From assembly GCA_964574825.1 (NCBI GenBank), contig CAZNQC010000008.1, positions 1 to 43,073 of the forward strand: DNA of 43,073 nt, in the 5' to 3' direction. A program made the translations under genes and the position numbers. The notes under the pieces are model-generated. The model saw only the letters and a list, made by a program, of their open reading frames with translations, made no database searches and had not been told where the DNA came from. The DNA comes from an uncultured Sphaerobacteraceae bacterium. Its GTDB lineage: Bacteria; Chloroflexota; Chloroflexia; Thermomicrobiales; UBA6265. Positions 19,590 through 29,360 of the stretch are shown piece after piece (the first letter of the stretch is position 1; every line of letters starts with the position of its first letter).

Positions 19590-20802
19590 CTGTCGCCTCC
19601 GGTCTCCCTGTTGCGTGCACCACCGCCACTTGCCGCGTTTCCTTGACGAGGAAGAAGAGGATCGCCGAGGCCAGGAGTCCCGCGATCATGAGAACGATGG
19701 CGCTGCCGGTCAGTCCCAGCCAGGTGGCGATCAGGCCCACCATCAGGGGGCCAGCCACCATTCCGGTATCACCAATCAGTCGCCAGACCCCGAGGAACTC
19801 GCCCGTCGCGTCGGGCGGTGCAAGATCTGCCCCCAGCGTCATCATGCTGCCCGAGCCGAGGCCGTTGCCCAAACCGATCACCAGCCCCGCGATCAGCAGG
19901 CCCTCAAAACCATGGGCGAATGGCACGAGTCCAATCCCCACTGCCATCACGGCAAAACTTGGCACCGAGGCGAACTTGCGACCATAGCGATCCATCAGGA
20001 AACCCGCTGGCACGAACATCGTCATGTCGAGAACAGCCGAGCAGGTCATGATCACACCGATTTCGGCGGCACTGAGACCCAGCGTGACGGCTCCAACCAG
20101 CGGAATCAGGAGCTGGCGCCCCTGGCGAATCATTTGGGCGAAGAGTTGAGCCACTGCCGCAGCCGTCATATCGCCCTGGTGCGTCTTCAACGTCTGCCGA
20201 ACGATATCCCACCGCTTGCGGCCGGTTCCCCGGCGCTCGACCACGGCCTGCCGGTCGTCCGGAATGAACACGACCGCTGCGACGAAGGCCAGCGCACCCA
20301 TGAAACCGGCCAGCAGGAACGAGGCGCCAGTGCTCGCCGCCGTGGCGATGATGCCGCCCACCGCAGGTCCGGCAAACATCCCGATCCGGTTGATGCCGCC
20401 AAACATGGCGATGGATTTCCCGCGATTTTCGACATTCGAGTTCTGGGTGATGAACGCGTGGCGCGAGAGCCCCCACATCGCCGTTCCGACACCCGCCAGC
20501 AATCGAAGCGAGACCACTGCCCAGGGTTCCATCGGAATGGCGAGGCTGGCGGTACCGATCACCACCAGCGCGGAACCGATCAGCATCGACCGCCGCAGGC
20601 CGATCCGGAAGAGCACCGCTCCCGCCGGCAGGTCGGTCACCAGCGTCCCAATTGCCGCGGCCGAGGAGATGACCGACACCATCGTCAGCGAAACGCCGAG
20701 CTCAGTGGCGAAAAACGGCAACGTCGCCAGCAGCAGTCCCTGCCCCATCGCCAGCAGGGCGGTCGGCAGGTAGACGGCTAGCAGCAACTCGTTCCGGCGC
20801 AT
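19582..20802 (-). CDS. MFS transporter
   Basis: About 12 predicted TM segments with MFS loop motifs (e.g. GFLMDRYGRKF). The start is the internal ATG 20802 (MRRNELLLAVYLP). The stop overlaps the radC start by 8 nt. Confidence 0.85.
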   Translation of the reverse strand: MRRNELLLAVYLPTALLAMGQGLLLATLPFFATELGVSLTMVSVISSAAAIGTLVTDLPAGAVLFRIGLRRSMLIGSALVVIGTASLAIPMEPWAVVSLRLLAGVGTAMWGLSRHAFITQNSNVENRGKSIAMFGGINRIGMFAGPAVGGIIATAASTGASFLLAGFMGALAFVAAVVFIPDDRQAVVERRGTGRKRWDIVRQTLKTHQGDMTAAAVAQLFAQMIRQGRQLLIPLVGAVTLGLSAAEIGVIMTCSAVLDMTMFVPAGFLMDRYGRKFASVPSFAVMAVGIGLVPFAHGFEGLLIAGLVIGLGNGLGSGSMMTLGADLAPPDATGEFLGVWRLIGDTGMVAGPLMVGLIATWLGLTGSAIVLMIAGLLASAILFFLVKETRQVAVVHATGRPEATGG

Positions 20803-21039
20803 GCGGCGACTTTCAACTGGAGGCGCGGCGGGAGGTGACAGCGTTGTCCAGCGGCATCCTACCAAACAACTCCCCGGATTGGGTTGCTCGACGACAGCCC
20901 GTTCATGGCCCGGTGATATACTTCACGCTGCGGATACATTGGCACAGAGCCTGCCATTTTCCACTCAATTCGGGCCGCCGGTTCCACAGCAAGCCGCTCC
21001 GCAATCCACCTGCCGACCTCACCTCAGGACCAGACCACC

Positions 21040-22002
21040 TTGCTCCGACGACTTTTCCGCCGTCAGGCTGAACCCGACATCCAACTCGAAAAGGGTCTCG
21101 AGAAGACACGTCGCGGCGTGTTCCTGGAGATCACTCGCCTCTTCGACCGCACCGAGATCGACGATGAACTGTTCGAAGACCTGGAGATGCTCCTCATTCA
21201 GGCCGACGTGGGTTGGGATGTTTCCCAGCAACTCGTCGCCGAACTGCAGGACACCATCCGCCGCGAACACATCGTCAATCCATCCGATGCACGTGAAGTT
21301 CTGCGATTGGAAATGATCAAGTTGCTGGAACTGGCTTCCCGCAATCGCAAGGTCAAGATCCTGCAGCGCGGCGTACCGTTCGTCATCCTCGTCGTCGGCG
21401 TCAACGGCACCGGCAAGACCACGGCGATCGCCAAGCTCACGCAGTACCACAAGAACTTCGGCCGCTCGGTGATCCTGGCTGCCGGGGACACTTTCCGTGC
21501 CGCTGCGATCGACCAGCTGAAGGTCTGGGGCGAACGCCTCGATGTGCCGGTCATCGCCCACCAGGAAGGTGCCGATCCGGGCGCCATCGTCTTCGACGCC
21601 ATGCAGGCTGCTCATGCCCGCAACGCCGATGTCCTGATCGTCGATACTGCCGGTCGCCTGCACACCAAGAACAACCTGATGGCCGAACTGCAGAAACTCC
21701 GGCGCATCATGCAGAAGCAGGTGCCGGATGCGCCCCAGGAAGTGATCCTCGTGATCGATGCCACCACCGGTCAGAACGGTCTGGTCCAGGCAAACGAGTT
21801 CACCAAGTCGGTGGAAATCAGCGACATCTTCATTTCCAAGCTCGACAGCACCGCCCGGGGCGGAATCGCCTTCTCTGTCGCCAAGGAGATGGGCACGCCG
21901 ATCTCCTACGTGGGAACGGGCGAGAAGGCCACCGACCTCGCCGAGTTCCGCCCTGATACCTATGTCGATTCGCTCTTCTTTGGTGAAGGCGAGGGATTCT
22001 AG
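21040..22002 (+). CDS. ftsY: Signal recognition particle receptor FtsY
   Basis: SRP GTPase NG domain: [37 protein letters not shown] start at 21040. Confidence 0.93.
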   Translation: MLRRLFRRQAEPDIQLEKGLEKTRRGVFLEITRLFDRTEIDDELFEDLEMLLIQADVGWDVSQQLVAELQDTIRREHIVNPSDAREVLRLEMIKLLELASRNRKVKILQRGVPFVILVVGVNGTGKTTAIAKLTQYHKNFGRSVILAAGDTFRAAAIDQLKVWGERLDVPVIAHQEGADPGAIVFDAMQAAHARNADVLIVDTAGRLHTKNNLMAELQKLRRIMQKQVPDAPQEVILVIDATTGQNGLVQANEFTKSVEISDIFISKLDSTARGGIAFSVAKEMGTPISYVGTGEKATDLAEFRPDTYVDSLFFGEGEGF

Positions 22003-22005
22003 CCC

Positions 22006-23358
22006 ATGTTCGAAACACTTTCCGATCGCCTCAACGAGACATTTGGCAAACTCGGCCGCAAGTCACGTCTGACGGAAGAAGATGTCGATGTCGCCATGCG
22101 CGATGTCCGGCGGGCGCTGCTCGAAGCCGACGTCAACTTCAAGGTCGTCAAGGAATTCGTTTCCAGGGTCCGCGAACGGGCTGTCGGGCAGGATGTCCTC
22201 AAGTCCCTGACCCCGGCGCAGACGGTCATCGGCATCGTCAACGAAGAACTCATCCAGATTCTCGGCTCCGAACTGGTCCCACTCCAGAATCCCGAGAAGC
22301 CGCCCCAGATCCTGATGATGGTCGGCCTCAACGGCGCTGGTAAGACCACTCACTCCGGCAAGCTGGCGTTGAGCCTCCGCAAGCAGGGCCGCAACCCGCT
22401 CCTGGTCGCGGCTGACGTCTACCGGCCCGCTGCCATCAAACAGTTGCAGACGCTCGGCAAGCAGATCGACATTCCGGTCTACGAAGAAGGCACCGGCTCC
22501 GACCCTGTCTCCATCGCCCGCAATGCAATCCAGTTCGCCAATGGCCGCGGCTTCAACCCGGTCATCATCGACACCGCTGGACGGCTCCAGATCGACGAGA
22601 ACCTGATGCAGGAACTCGTGCGGATGAAGGAGGCGGTCAACCCGACCGAAATCCTCCTCGTCGCCGACGCGATGACCGGCCAGGAGGCGGTTGGGGTCGC
22701 CGAAGAATTCGATCGCCAGCTCGACATCACTGGCCTGGTGCTGACCAAGATGGACGGCGACGCCCGTGGCGGCGCGGCGCTGTCGATTCGCTCTGTCACC
22801 GGCATCCCCATCAAGTTCATCGGCACCGGCGAAAAGATGGACGCCCTCGAAGCGTTCCACCCCGATCGTCTGGCCGGTCGCATCCTCGGCATGGGCGACG
22901 TGCTCTCCCTGATCGAGCGTGCCCAGGAACAGACCGACGAGCAGGAAGCCGAACGCCTCCAGGCCCGGATGATGAAGGGGCAGTTCGACCTCGAAGACTT
23001 CCTCGAACAGCTGCAGAAGATCAAGCAGATGGGTCCGCTGAGCCAGATCATGGAGATGATCCCCGGTCTCGGCCAGCAGATGCGGCAGGCGAAAGCCCAG
23101 ATCTCCGACGACGACTACAAGCAGGTTGAAGCCATCATTCGCGGCATGACCCCCTGGGAGCGACGTAACCCGGAACGGATCGACCACAGTCGCCGCCGCC
23201 GGATTGCCCGCGGCAGCGGCGTCGACCGGCAGGACGTCAACCGTCTCCTGTCCCAGTTCAAGGACATGCAGAAGATGATGGGGCAGTTCGGCCAGATGGC
23301 GAAAAAGGGCAAGATGCCCAAAAACATGCGAGGCCTGAACCTGCCGTTCGACATGTAA
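22006..23358 (+). CDS. ffh: Signal recognition particle protein Ffh
   Basis: NG domain (MMVGLNGAGKTTHSGKLA, DTAGRLQ, TKMDGDARGGAALS) plus a Met-rich M domain (MKGQFDLEDFLEQLQKIKQMGPLSQIMEMIPG). The start is 3 nt after the ftsY stop. Confidence 0.97.
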   Translation: MFETLSDRLNETFGKLGRKSRLTEEDVDVAMRDVRRALLEADVNFKVVKEFVSRVRERAVGQDVLKSLTPAQTVIGIVNEELIQILGSELVPLQNPEKPPQILMMVGLNGAGKTTHSGKLALSLRKQGRNPLLVAADVYRPAAIKQLQTLGKQIDIPVYEEGTGSDPVSIARNAIQFANGRGFNPVIIDTAGRLQIDENLMQELVRMKEAVNPTEILLVADAMTGQEAVGVAEEFDRQLDITGLVLTKMDGDARGGAALSIRSVTGIPIKFIGTGEKMDALEAFHPDRLAGRILGMGDVLSLIERAQEQTDEQEAERLQARMMKGQFDLEDFLEQLQKIKQMGPLSQIMEMIPGLGQQMRQAKAQISDDDYKQVEAIIRGMTPWERRNPERIDHSRRRRIARGSGVDRQDVNRLLSQFKDMQKMMGQFGQMAKKGKMPKNMRGLNLPFDM

Positions 23359-23389
23359 TGACCACCTCCCGTCACATGAGGTTGAACGC

Positions 23390-24337
23390 GTGCAACGTTG
23401 GTACATCACGTTTCATGGTGGACAGCATCACCATGCCTGGAACAACATTCACGCGTTCGACCTTGATGGAAAGCCGCTTGGCAAGGTCCTCGAGACCTCC
23501 GGATTGCCGGATGGCACGGAGTTGCGCGAATTGCGTGGCTTCGTCTTCGGCAGCGATGGCGACCTTTACGTCACCAACGCCTGGCAAGGCGGTTCCCACA
23601 TCCTGCGTTTCCACGGCAACCTGAACGATCGCGGTCGTCACGACTTCCGCGATGTCTTCATCGAGCAACACGCCGCCAACCCCGCCCTGTCACATCCGTT
23701 CGATGTCTCCTTCGGCGCCCAGGGACACCTCTTCGTGCCCAGCCAGGACACGAACGTCGTCAGCCGCTACTTTGGCCCAACTGCAACAACAACACCCGGT
23801 GCTCCCATGCCGGTTCCGCCCGCCATCAAGGACCTGGCCCGGCCAGACATCCCTCCGGGCACCTTCGTCCCCTCCCGCCACCATTCCGATCATGGACTTT
23901 CGTCCGTTCGTGGCACCACCTTCGGTCCCGATGACAACCTCTACGTGGTCGACCGGGACGAGAATGCGGTCAAGGCCTATGACGGTCGCACCGGTCACCA
24001 CCTCCGCACTTACCACCATCAGCACCTCGCTCGACCAATCCATGTTCAACCCGCCCGCAATGACCGCACCTTGCTGGTCGGCAGCCGCGATCATCACGCC
24101 ATCATCGGCATCAATGTCGACACCGGTGCCGCGTCGGAGGTCGTCAAACCCGAAGCTGGAGGCTTGCGCTCACCTGCCGGGTTCGACTTCGGGCCAGATG
24201 GGCAACTTTATGTTGCCAGCCGCGACACACAAAAGGTGCTGCGCTTCGACCCCGACTCCGGCAAGCCCGACCGGCAACCATTCATCGCCGGCCTCGATGA
24301 CCTCCCCGAGTTCCTCCGCCTCGTCGACGTGAACTAG
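23390..24337 (+). CDS. His-rich NHL/SGL-type beta-propeller repeat protein (function unknown, no signal peptide)
   Basis: Repeated blade motifs GDLYVTNA, GHLFVPSQDTNVVSRY, DNLYVVDRDENAVKAY and GQLYVASRDTQKVLRF. By eye, 22 His in 315 aa, in clusters such as QHHH, RHHSDH, GHHLRTYHHQH and DHH. GTG 23390 has GAGG 8 nt upstream. Confidence 0.75.
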   Translation: MQRWYITFHGGQHHHAWNNIHAFDLDGKPLGKVLETSGLPDGTELRELRGFVFGSDGDLYVTNAWQGGSHILRFHGNLNDRGRHDFRDVFIEQHAANPALSHPFDVSFGAQGHLFVPSQDTNVVSRYFGPTATTTPGAPMPVPPAIKDLARPDIPPGTFVPSRHHSDHGLSSVRGTTFGPDDNLYVVDRDENAVKAYDGRTGHHLRTYHHQHLARPIHVQPARNDRTLLVGSRDHHAIIGINVDTGAASEVVKPEAGGLRSPAGFDFGPDGQLYVASRDTQKVLRFDPDSGKPDRQPFIAGLDDLPEFLRLVDVN

Positions 24338-24734
24338 CGTTCAGATACCCCCCTTTCCAGCCTCCTGCCAGAACGGCCAGGGTTCGCGCTGGCGAGATTT
24401 CGCCTGCTCGATGCGTTCGATAGTTAGGGCGACAACTGAACCTCCTCGGCGTCGGTCGCCAGCGCCTCGTCCTCGTGACCAGATGGCGCCGGTTCGCGTG
24501 TATTCGCGGTATTCCGCACTAAACATCCCCACCAAAACCCCATGGAATCAACGAACGTGGGAATTACCGAATTCAGGAATTAGCGCGGAACGATTGCGTG
24601 GCCGATCCCGGAAGCAGGCATGGTTCCGATCCGGGGACCGTGCGACACCTGCCCATCACTCCGGTTCGACGCTCGCCGATCGGCAGGGAAGGCCGACCAG
24701 TTGGCACTGCTGAAAACTGGGAACTCCAGGACCC

Positions 24735-24762
24735 TTGCAAATTTCTTAGCCTATGCTAATTT
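24735..24762 (+). promoter_or_regulatory. Promoter of the metal-uptake operon with an embedded dyad operator (candidate DtxR/MntR-family site)
   Basis: TTGCAA (24735-24740), a 16-nt spacer, then TAATTT (24757-24762), in an AT-rich island. The spacer holds the near-perfect 14-bp palindrome TTAGCCTATGCTAA (24746-24759; arms TTAGC/GCTAA are perfect). Confidence 0.5.
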
Positions 24763-24806
24763 AGATGCAGATAACTCTTGGACCTCAGTCCGGAGACAGG
24801 AGACCA

Positions 24807-25787
24807 ATGTCCGAACCCAAACCAATCACGATCTCATCCCGCTGGCGCGTCGGCGCTATCGTTGCGATTCCAGCGGCGGTCCTCACCTGGGCTGCCTTTC
24901 GACCACCAGCCAGTGACTCCCGCGACCCGAACCGGTTCACCGTCGTCGCCACCACCGGTCAGGTCGGGGACCTTGCCCGAACGATCGGCGGCGATCACGT
25001 CGATGTCATCACACTCATGGGACCCGGCGTCGATCCTCACCTGTTCAAGGCCAGCGAGTCCAACGTCATCGATCTGATCGACGCCGACCTCATCCTCTAC
25101 AGCGGTCTGCACCTCGAAGGAAACCTCTCCGAGGTCCTCGAACAAGCCAGCGAGCGCATCACCACAGTTGCCGTCACCGCCGGGATTCCGGAATCCGAAC
25201 TGATCATGCCCACTGACAATGCCTTTTATGGCAACCCCGATCCACACTTCTGGTTCGATCCGGCGCTGTGGGCGATGGCTGCCGCCGAAACGGCTGAAGC
25301 ATTCGCTGCGGCCGACCCTGACAACGCCGAGTCCTATTTCGCCAACGCGGCCGCCTATCAGGACGAGGTCATGGCGCTCGACGCCTGGGCCTCCGAGCAA
25401 TTCGCGGAGATTCCCGAGCAGAGCAGGATTCTGGTAACCGCTCACGACGCCTTCGGCTACCTCGGTCGCCGCTATGGCATCGAGGTGGCAGGACTCCAGG
25501 GCATCAGCACCTCATCGGAAGCTGGTGTCCGCGACGTCCAGAACATCGCCACCCTGATTGCCGATAACGAGATCAGGGCCATCTTCGTCGAATCGAGTGT
25601 GCCCCGCCGCACCATCGAAGCGGTCCAGGTGGCCTCCGAGGATCGCGGCTGGGACGTCGTCATCGGCGGCCAGCTCTACTCAGACGCCCTCGGCGATGCC
25701 GGCACGCCCGAAGGCACCTGGCTCGGCATGATGCGCTACAACGTCGACACCATCGTCTCCGGGCTGACCGGAAGGGATCAGGAATGA
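24807..25787 (+). CDS. Metal (Mn/Zn/Fe) ABC transporter substrate-binding protein, TroA/MntC/ZnuA cluster-9 family
   Basis: [68 protein letters not shown] and [15 protein letters not shown]. The start is ATG 24807, preceded by AGGAG. The track start 24765 falls inside the predicted promoter. Confidence 0.9.
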   Translation: MSEPKPITISSRWRVGAIVAIPAAVLTWAAFRPPASDSRDPNRFTVVATTGQVGDLARTIGGDHVDVITLMGPGVDPHLFKASESNVIDLIDADLILYSGLHLEGNLSEVLEQASERITTVAVTAGIPESELIMPTDNAFYGNPDPHFWFDPALWAMAAAETAEAFAAADPDNAESYFANAAAYQDEVMALDAWASEQFAEIPEQSRILVTAHDAFGYLGRRYGIEVAGLQGISTSSEAGVRDVQNIATLIADNEIRAIFVESSVPRRTIEAVQVASEDRGWDVVIGGQLYSDALGDAGTPEGTWLGMMRYNVDTIVSGLTGRDQE

Positions 25788-26575
25788 CCGCCCACGTGAT
25801 CGAAGCCCGGGATCTGACCGTGGCCTACAACGAATCGCCAGTCCTTTGGGACTTGGATATCGACATCAATGAAGGCAAGGCAACTGCTATTGTCGGACCA
25901 AACGGGGCCGGGAAAAGTACCCTGTTGAAGGCGATTCTGGGTCTCGTTCCCATTGCCGCCGGTGCGACCCGGATCTTCGATTCCAGCCTGGACCAGGTTC
26001 GCCAGCGAGTCGCCTACGTGCCGCAGCGAGGGTCGGTCGATTGGGACTTTCCCACCAACGCGCTCGATGTCGTGGTCATGGGCCGCTACGGACGACTCGG
26101 CTGGTTCCGCCGCCCAGGTCGTGCCGACCGCGAGATTGCCCGGGAATGCCTCGATCGGGTGGGTATGGCGAGTTTCGCCGACCGCCAGATCAGCCAGCTT
26201 TCCGGCGGTCAGCAACAACGGGTCTTCCTCGCCCGCGCGCTTGCCCAGCAGGCCGATCTCTACCTGATGGACGAGCCGTTCGTCGGCGTCGACGCCGTCA
26301 CCGAGCGGGCCATCGTCCAACTGCTCCATGAAGTTCGCGACGCCGGAAAAACGGTCGTCGCCGTTCACCACGACCTCGAGTCGGTGAAGGACTACTTCGA
26401 CAACGTCATCCTGCTCAATGTGGGACTGATTGCCGCTGGCCCGGTCTCCGAAGTCTTCACTGAAGAGAACCTGCGCCGGACCTATCAGGCCCCAGCCAAT
26501 CCTCTGTTGGAACGTGGATCGGCCCCAGTCCGAGCCGGTTCGGAAATGGCCCCGGTGGAGGCGATGTTGCGATGA
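25784..26575 (+). CDS. Metal ABC transporter ATP-binding protein (TroB/MntB/ZnuC-like)
   Basis: Walker [10 protein letters not shown], signature LSGGQQQRV and Walker B LYLMDEP. ATGA overlap with the upstream gene. Confidence 0.93.
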   Translation: MTAHVIEARDLTVAYNESPVLWDLDIDINEGKATAIVGPNGAGKSTLLKAILGLVPIAAGATRIFDSSLDQVRQRVAYVPQRGSVDWDFPTNALDVVVMGRYGRLGWFRRPGRADREIARECLDRVGMASFADRQISQLSGGQQQRVFLARALAQQADLYLMDEPFVGVDAVTERAIVQLLHEVRDAGKTVVAVHHDLESVKDYFDNVILLNVGLIAAGPVSEVFTEENLRRTYQAPANPLLERGSAPVRAGSEMAPVEAMLR

Positions 26576-27519
26576 TTGCCCTCCTGCCTCTCGCGTTCCT
26601 CGATCTCTCGTGGGACGCTACGCTCCGCAACGTCATCCTTGGTTCCGTCATCCTCGGCATGACCAGCGGCATGGTCGGCGCCTTCGCCGTACTGCGGCGC
26701 CAAAGTCTGATTGGCGATGCCCTGGCCCACGCCGCGCTGCCCGGCATCTGCCTGGCATTCATGATCACCGGCACGCGCTCTACAGAGGTACTCCTGATCG
26801 GCGGTGCCATCAGCGGACTCCTGGGAACGTTGGTGCTCCTGGTCATCAACCGCTGGTCGATCATCTCGATGGAAACGGGCCTCGGGATTGTCCTGAGTGT
26901 ATTCTTCGGGTTCGGCATCCTCCTCCTCACCCGCATCCAGCACACTGGCGACGCAGCCCAGAGCGGTCTCGACCGCTTCATCTTTGGCCAGGCGGCGACC
27001 ATCCTGCCGCGCGATGTCGTGGTCATGTCCGTGGTCGCGGTTGTGGTGATCGGCATCCTGTTCCTGACCTTCAAGGAACTGAAACTGCTCACCTTCGATC
27101 CTCTCTTTGCCGCCAGCCTCGGCTTCAACTCATCAGTGCTGGGCGCGTTGCTCTCCGGCCTGCTGGTCCTGACGATCATGATTGGCCTGCAAACCGTGGG
27201 CGTCATCCTGATGGTCTCCCTGCTGATCGCTCCCGCCGTCGCCGCCCGGCAATGGACCTCCAGCCTCTCGGGCATGGTGCTCGTCTCGGGCATGTTCGGC
27301 TTGATCGCCGGTGTCAGCGGTTCCGTAGCCAGCAGCCTGATCGACCGGCTGCCGACCGGGCCGATGATCGTCATCGCCGCCTCGGTGCTGGTCGCCTTCT
27401 CGCTCCTGTTTGCGCCAGAGCGGGGCGTGCTGGCCACCTGGCAGTCACGTCGCCGCCGCGCCGAGCAGTTCAAGGAAGTGCTCCTCGCCGCCGACCATCA
27501 TGGAGTGACCTCGCGATGA
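26572..27519 (+). CDS. Metal ABC transporter permease (TroC/MntC-like)
   Basis: ABC-3 family polytopic permease ([11 protein letters not shown] motif). ATGA overlap with the ATPase gene. Confidence 0.9.
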   Translation: MIALLPLAFLDLSWDATLRNVILGSVILGMTSGMVGAFAVLRRQSLIGDALAHAALPGICLAFMITGTRSTEVLLIGGAISGLLGTLVLLVINRWSIISMETGLGIVLSVFFGFGILLLTRIQHTGDAAQSGLDRFIFGQAATILPRDVVVMSVVAVVVIGILFLTFKELKLLTFDPLFAASLGFNSSVLGALLSGLLVLTIMIGLQTVGVILMVSLLIAPAVAARQWTSSLSGMVLVSGMFGLIAGVSGSVASSLIDRLPTGPMIVIAASVLVAFSLLFAPERGVLATWQSRRRRAEQFKEVLLAADHHGVTSR

Positions 27520-28601
27520 GTGCTCCCACCATCATCATGATTACTGGCGCCCTGGTTGGCGCATCCTGTGGGCTAATTGGCGCCTGGCTCGTGTTGCGGC
27601 GACTGGCCCTGATGGGCGACGCCATTTCACACAGCGTCCTGCTCGGCATCGTCATGGTCTTTGCCATCACCCACTCCCGGTCTCCGCTGCTGATGACGAT
27701 TGGCGCGGGAGCGGTCGGTCTGCTGACGGTCGCCATGGTTGCCTGGATTCAGCGCACCGGGTTGGTGAAGGAGGACGCGGCGATCGGGCTGGTCTTCCCG
27801 TTCCTCTTCGCCCTCGGGGTCTTCATGATCTCGCGCTTCCCTACCACGGTGCATATCGATGTCGATGCCGTGCTGTTCGGAGAGATCGCCTACGTGCCGC
27901 TCTATCACCTCGAACTCTTCGGGCGTGACCTTGGGGTCCAGGCGTTCTGGACGCTCGGGATCATGCTGGCGATCAATATCCTGCTGGTGACGGTGCTCTA
28001 CAAGGAATGGAAGCTCTCGACCTTCGATGCAGGGTTTGCTGCCGCCATCGGATTCTCCCCGGTGCTGCTCCATTACCTGCTGATGGGGGCCGTCTCCGCG
28101 ACCACGGTGGTGTCCTTCGACGCGGTGGGCGCAGTCCTGGTTGTCGCCATGCTGATCGTGCCGGCTGCCACTGCCCAACTGCTGACGCGCGACCTGCCGA
28201 CCATGTTGTTGCTGTCGATGGGCATTGGCGCGGCATCGTCGGTCGTCGGGTACTACCTGGCGCGCTGGATTGATGGATCGGTCGCCGGTGCCATGGCCAC
28301 CTCCCTGGGTGTGATGTTCCTGGTAGCGTTCCTGGCGTCACCCAGCCAGGGCGTCCTCGCCCGGGCCAGGGTTCGCGCGCGCCAACGTCGGGCCTTCCTC
28401 CAGGAACTATTGGTCGCCCATATCGCCGCCAAACCGGGCGGTGTGGCAGCAGTCTCCCTGGCTGACGATTTCGGTTGGGCGGCCACCACCACCCAGGCAG
28501 CCCTGCGCGATGCCATGTCTGCACGCCGCATCGTGGAATCCAAACAGGGTATCCTGACCGTTCCCTCCTCGCTGGAGGGAGCAGGCGGACCAGTGAACTG
28601 A
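27516..28601 (+). CDS. Metal ABC transporter permease (TroD/MntD-like) with a C-terminal cytoplasmic extension
   Basis: ABC-3 permease (GDAISHSVLLGI motif). I trimmed the start to ATG 27516 ([11 protein letters not shown]), which has an ATGA overlap with the troC-like stop. The first 362 codons of track ORF 26430..28601 are an out-of-frame read-through of the preceding genes. Confidence 0.9.
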   Translation: MSAPTIIMITGALVGASCGLIGAWLVLRRLALMGDAISHSVLLGIVMVFAITHSRSPLLMTIGAGAVGLLTVAMVAWIQRTGLVKEDAAIGLVFPFLFALGVFMISRFPTTVHIDVDAVLFGEIAYVPLYHLELFGRDLGVQAFWTLGIMLAINILLVTVLYKEWKLSTFDAGFAAAIGFSPVLLHYLLMGAVSATTVVSFDAVGAVLVVAMLIVPAATAQLLTRDLPTMLLLSMGIGAASSVVGYYLARWIDGSVAGAMATSLGVMFLVAFLASPSQGVLARARVRARQRRAFLQELLVAHIAAKPGGVAAVSLADDFGWAATTTQAALRDAMSARRIVESKQGILTVPSSLEGAGGPVN

Positions 28602-28628
28602 TCGATGTGGATTGAGGGAGCAGTGGCC

Positions 28629-29360
28629 ATGTCCCAGCCCAAGGAAGCAACCCAGGTTGTGCCGGCCCGGTTTGGTGGAGACACCCGGGTGACGACGGCC
28701 ATGGAGGACTATCTCAAGACCGCCTTCCTCATCGACCAGGACGGCCTGCCGATCACCAATCTGCGGCTGGCCGAACGGTTGGGTTTCTCGAACCCTTCCG
28801 TCACCAACATGATGAAGAAGCTCGACGAACTCAAGCTGGTAGTGCACAACCCCTATCATGGTGCGCAGTTAACGCCTGCCGGACGTGCGATTGCCCTGGA
28901 AGTGATCCGCCATCATCGGCTCCTCGAACTCTATCTGGCCGAAGCGCTTGGCTACGATCTGGACGAAGTCCACGCCGAAGCCGAACGACTCGAACACCAC
29001 ATGTCGGAAGAGTTGGAAGCACGGATGGAGCAGGTCCTGGGGTTCCCCCAATTCGATCCACACGGCGACCCGATTCCTGGCCGCGATGGCACGCTGCCCG
29101 AAATCATCGACATCGCATTGCTGGGCGCCGAATCAGGGGTCGATCATGAAGTGAGCCGCGTCAGCGACCGCAATCCTGAGACGTTGACGGCCATTCTGGG
29201 CGCCGGAATCAAGCCCGGAACCACGGTGGCCATGGTCGAAGCCCCGGTCGACGACCAGACGGTATCGCTCCGTGTGTCGGGCGAATCCATGCAGCTCCCG
29301 TGGGACGTGGTGAAGGGGATCCGGGTCGTGCAGCCAGACCAGGGAACACCTACTTCCTGA
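28629..29360 (+). CDS. DtxR/MntR/TroR-family metal-dependent transcriptional regulator with a C-terminal FeoA/SH3-like domain
   Basis: MEDYLKTAFLI..., HTH region ERLGFSNPSVTNMMKKLDE, metal-site region RHHRLLELYLAEALGYDLDEVHAEAERLEHHMS...FPQFDPHGDPIP. The start is ATG 28629, 8 nt after GAGGGAG. Position 28605 is also possible. Confidence 0.9.
   Translation: MSQPKEATQVVPARFGGDTRVTTAMEDYLKTAFLIDQDGLPITNLRLAERLGFSNPSVTNMMKKLDELKLVVHNPYHGAQLTPAGRAIALEVIRHHRLLELYLAEALGYDLDEVHAEAERLEHHMSEELEARMEQVLGFPQFDPHGDPIPGRDGTLPEIIDIALLGAESGVDHEVSRVSDRNPETLTAILGAGIKPGTTVAMVEAPVDDQTVSLRVSGESMQLPWDVVKGIRVVQPDQGTPTS

Noticed and set aside
20940-20954. TGGCAC-N5-CTGC (GG-N10-GC), a sigma-54-like -24/-12 element about 90 nt upstream of ftsY.
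   Set aside because: It is a single short match in GC-rich DNA. ftsY is not a typical RpoN target, there is no nearby enhancer-binding protein gene, and the presence of rpoN in this lineage is unknown. It is most likely chance.
24341-24535. 64-aa minus-strand ORF just after the propeller gene.
   Set aside because: Third-position GC is only about 61% by eye, there is no SD, the composition is Arg/Gly-rich, and there is no recognisable motif. I kept it only as part of the unexplained spacer finding.
24607-24619. CCCGGAAGCAGGC resembles the SRP RNA helix-8 core (UCCGGAAGGAAGCAGCC), which is tempting so close to ffh.
   Set aside because: The flanks do not pair around a GGAA tetraloop, the GGAAG duplication and symmetric-loop partners are missing, and no extended helix 5 can be drawn on either strand.
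24663-24669. GGTTCGA, a T-loop-like motif that could hint at a tRNA.
   Set aside because: No complementary T-stem arms, no D-arm or acceptor pairing in the surrounding about 90 nt.
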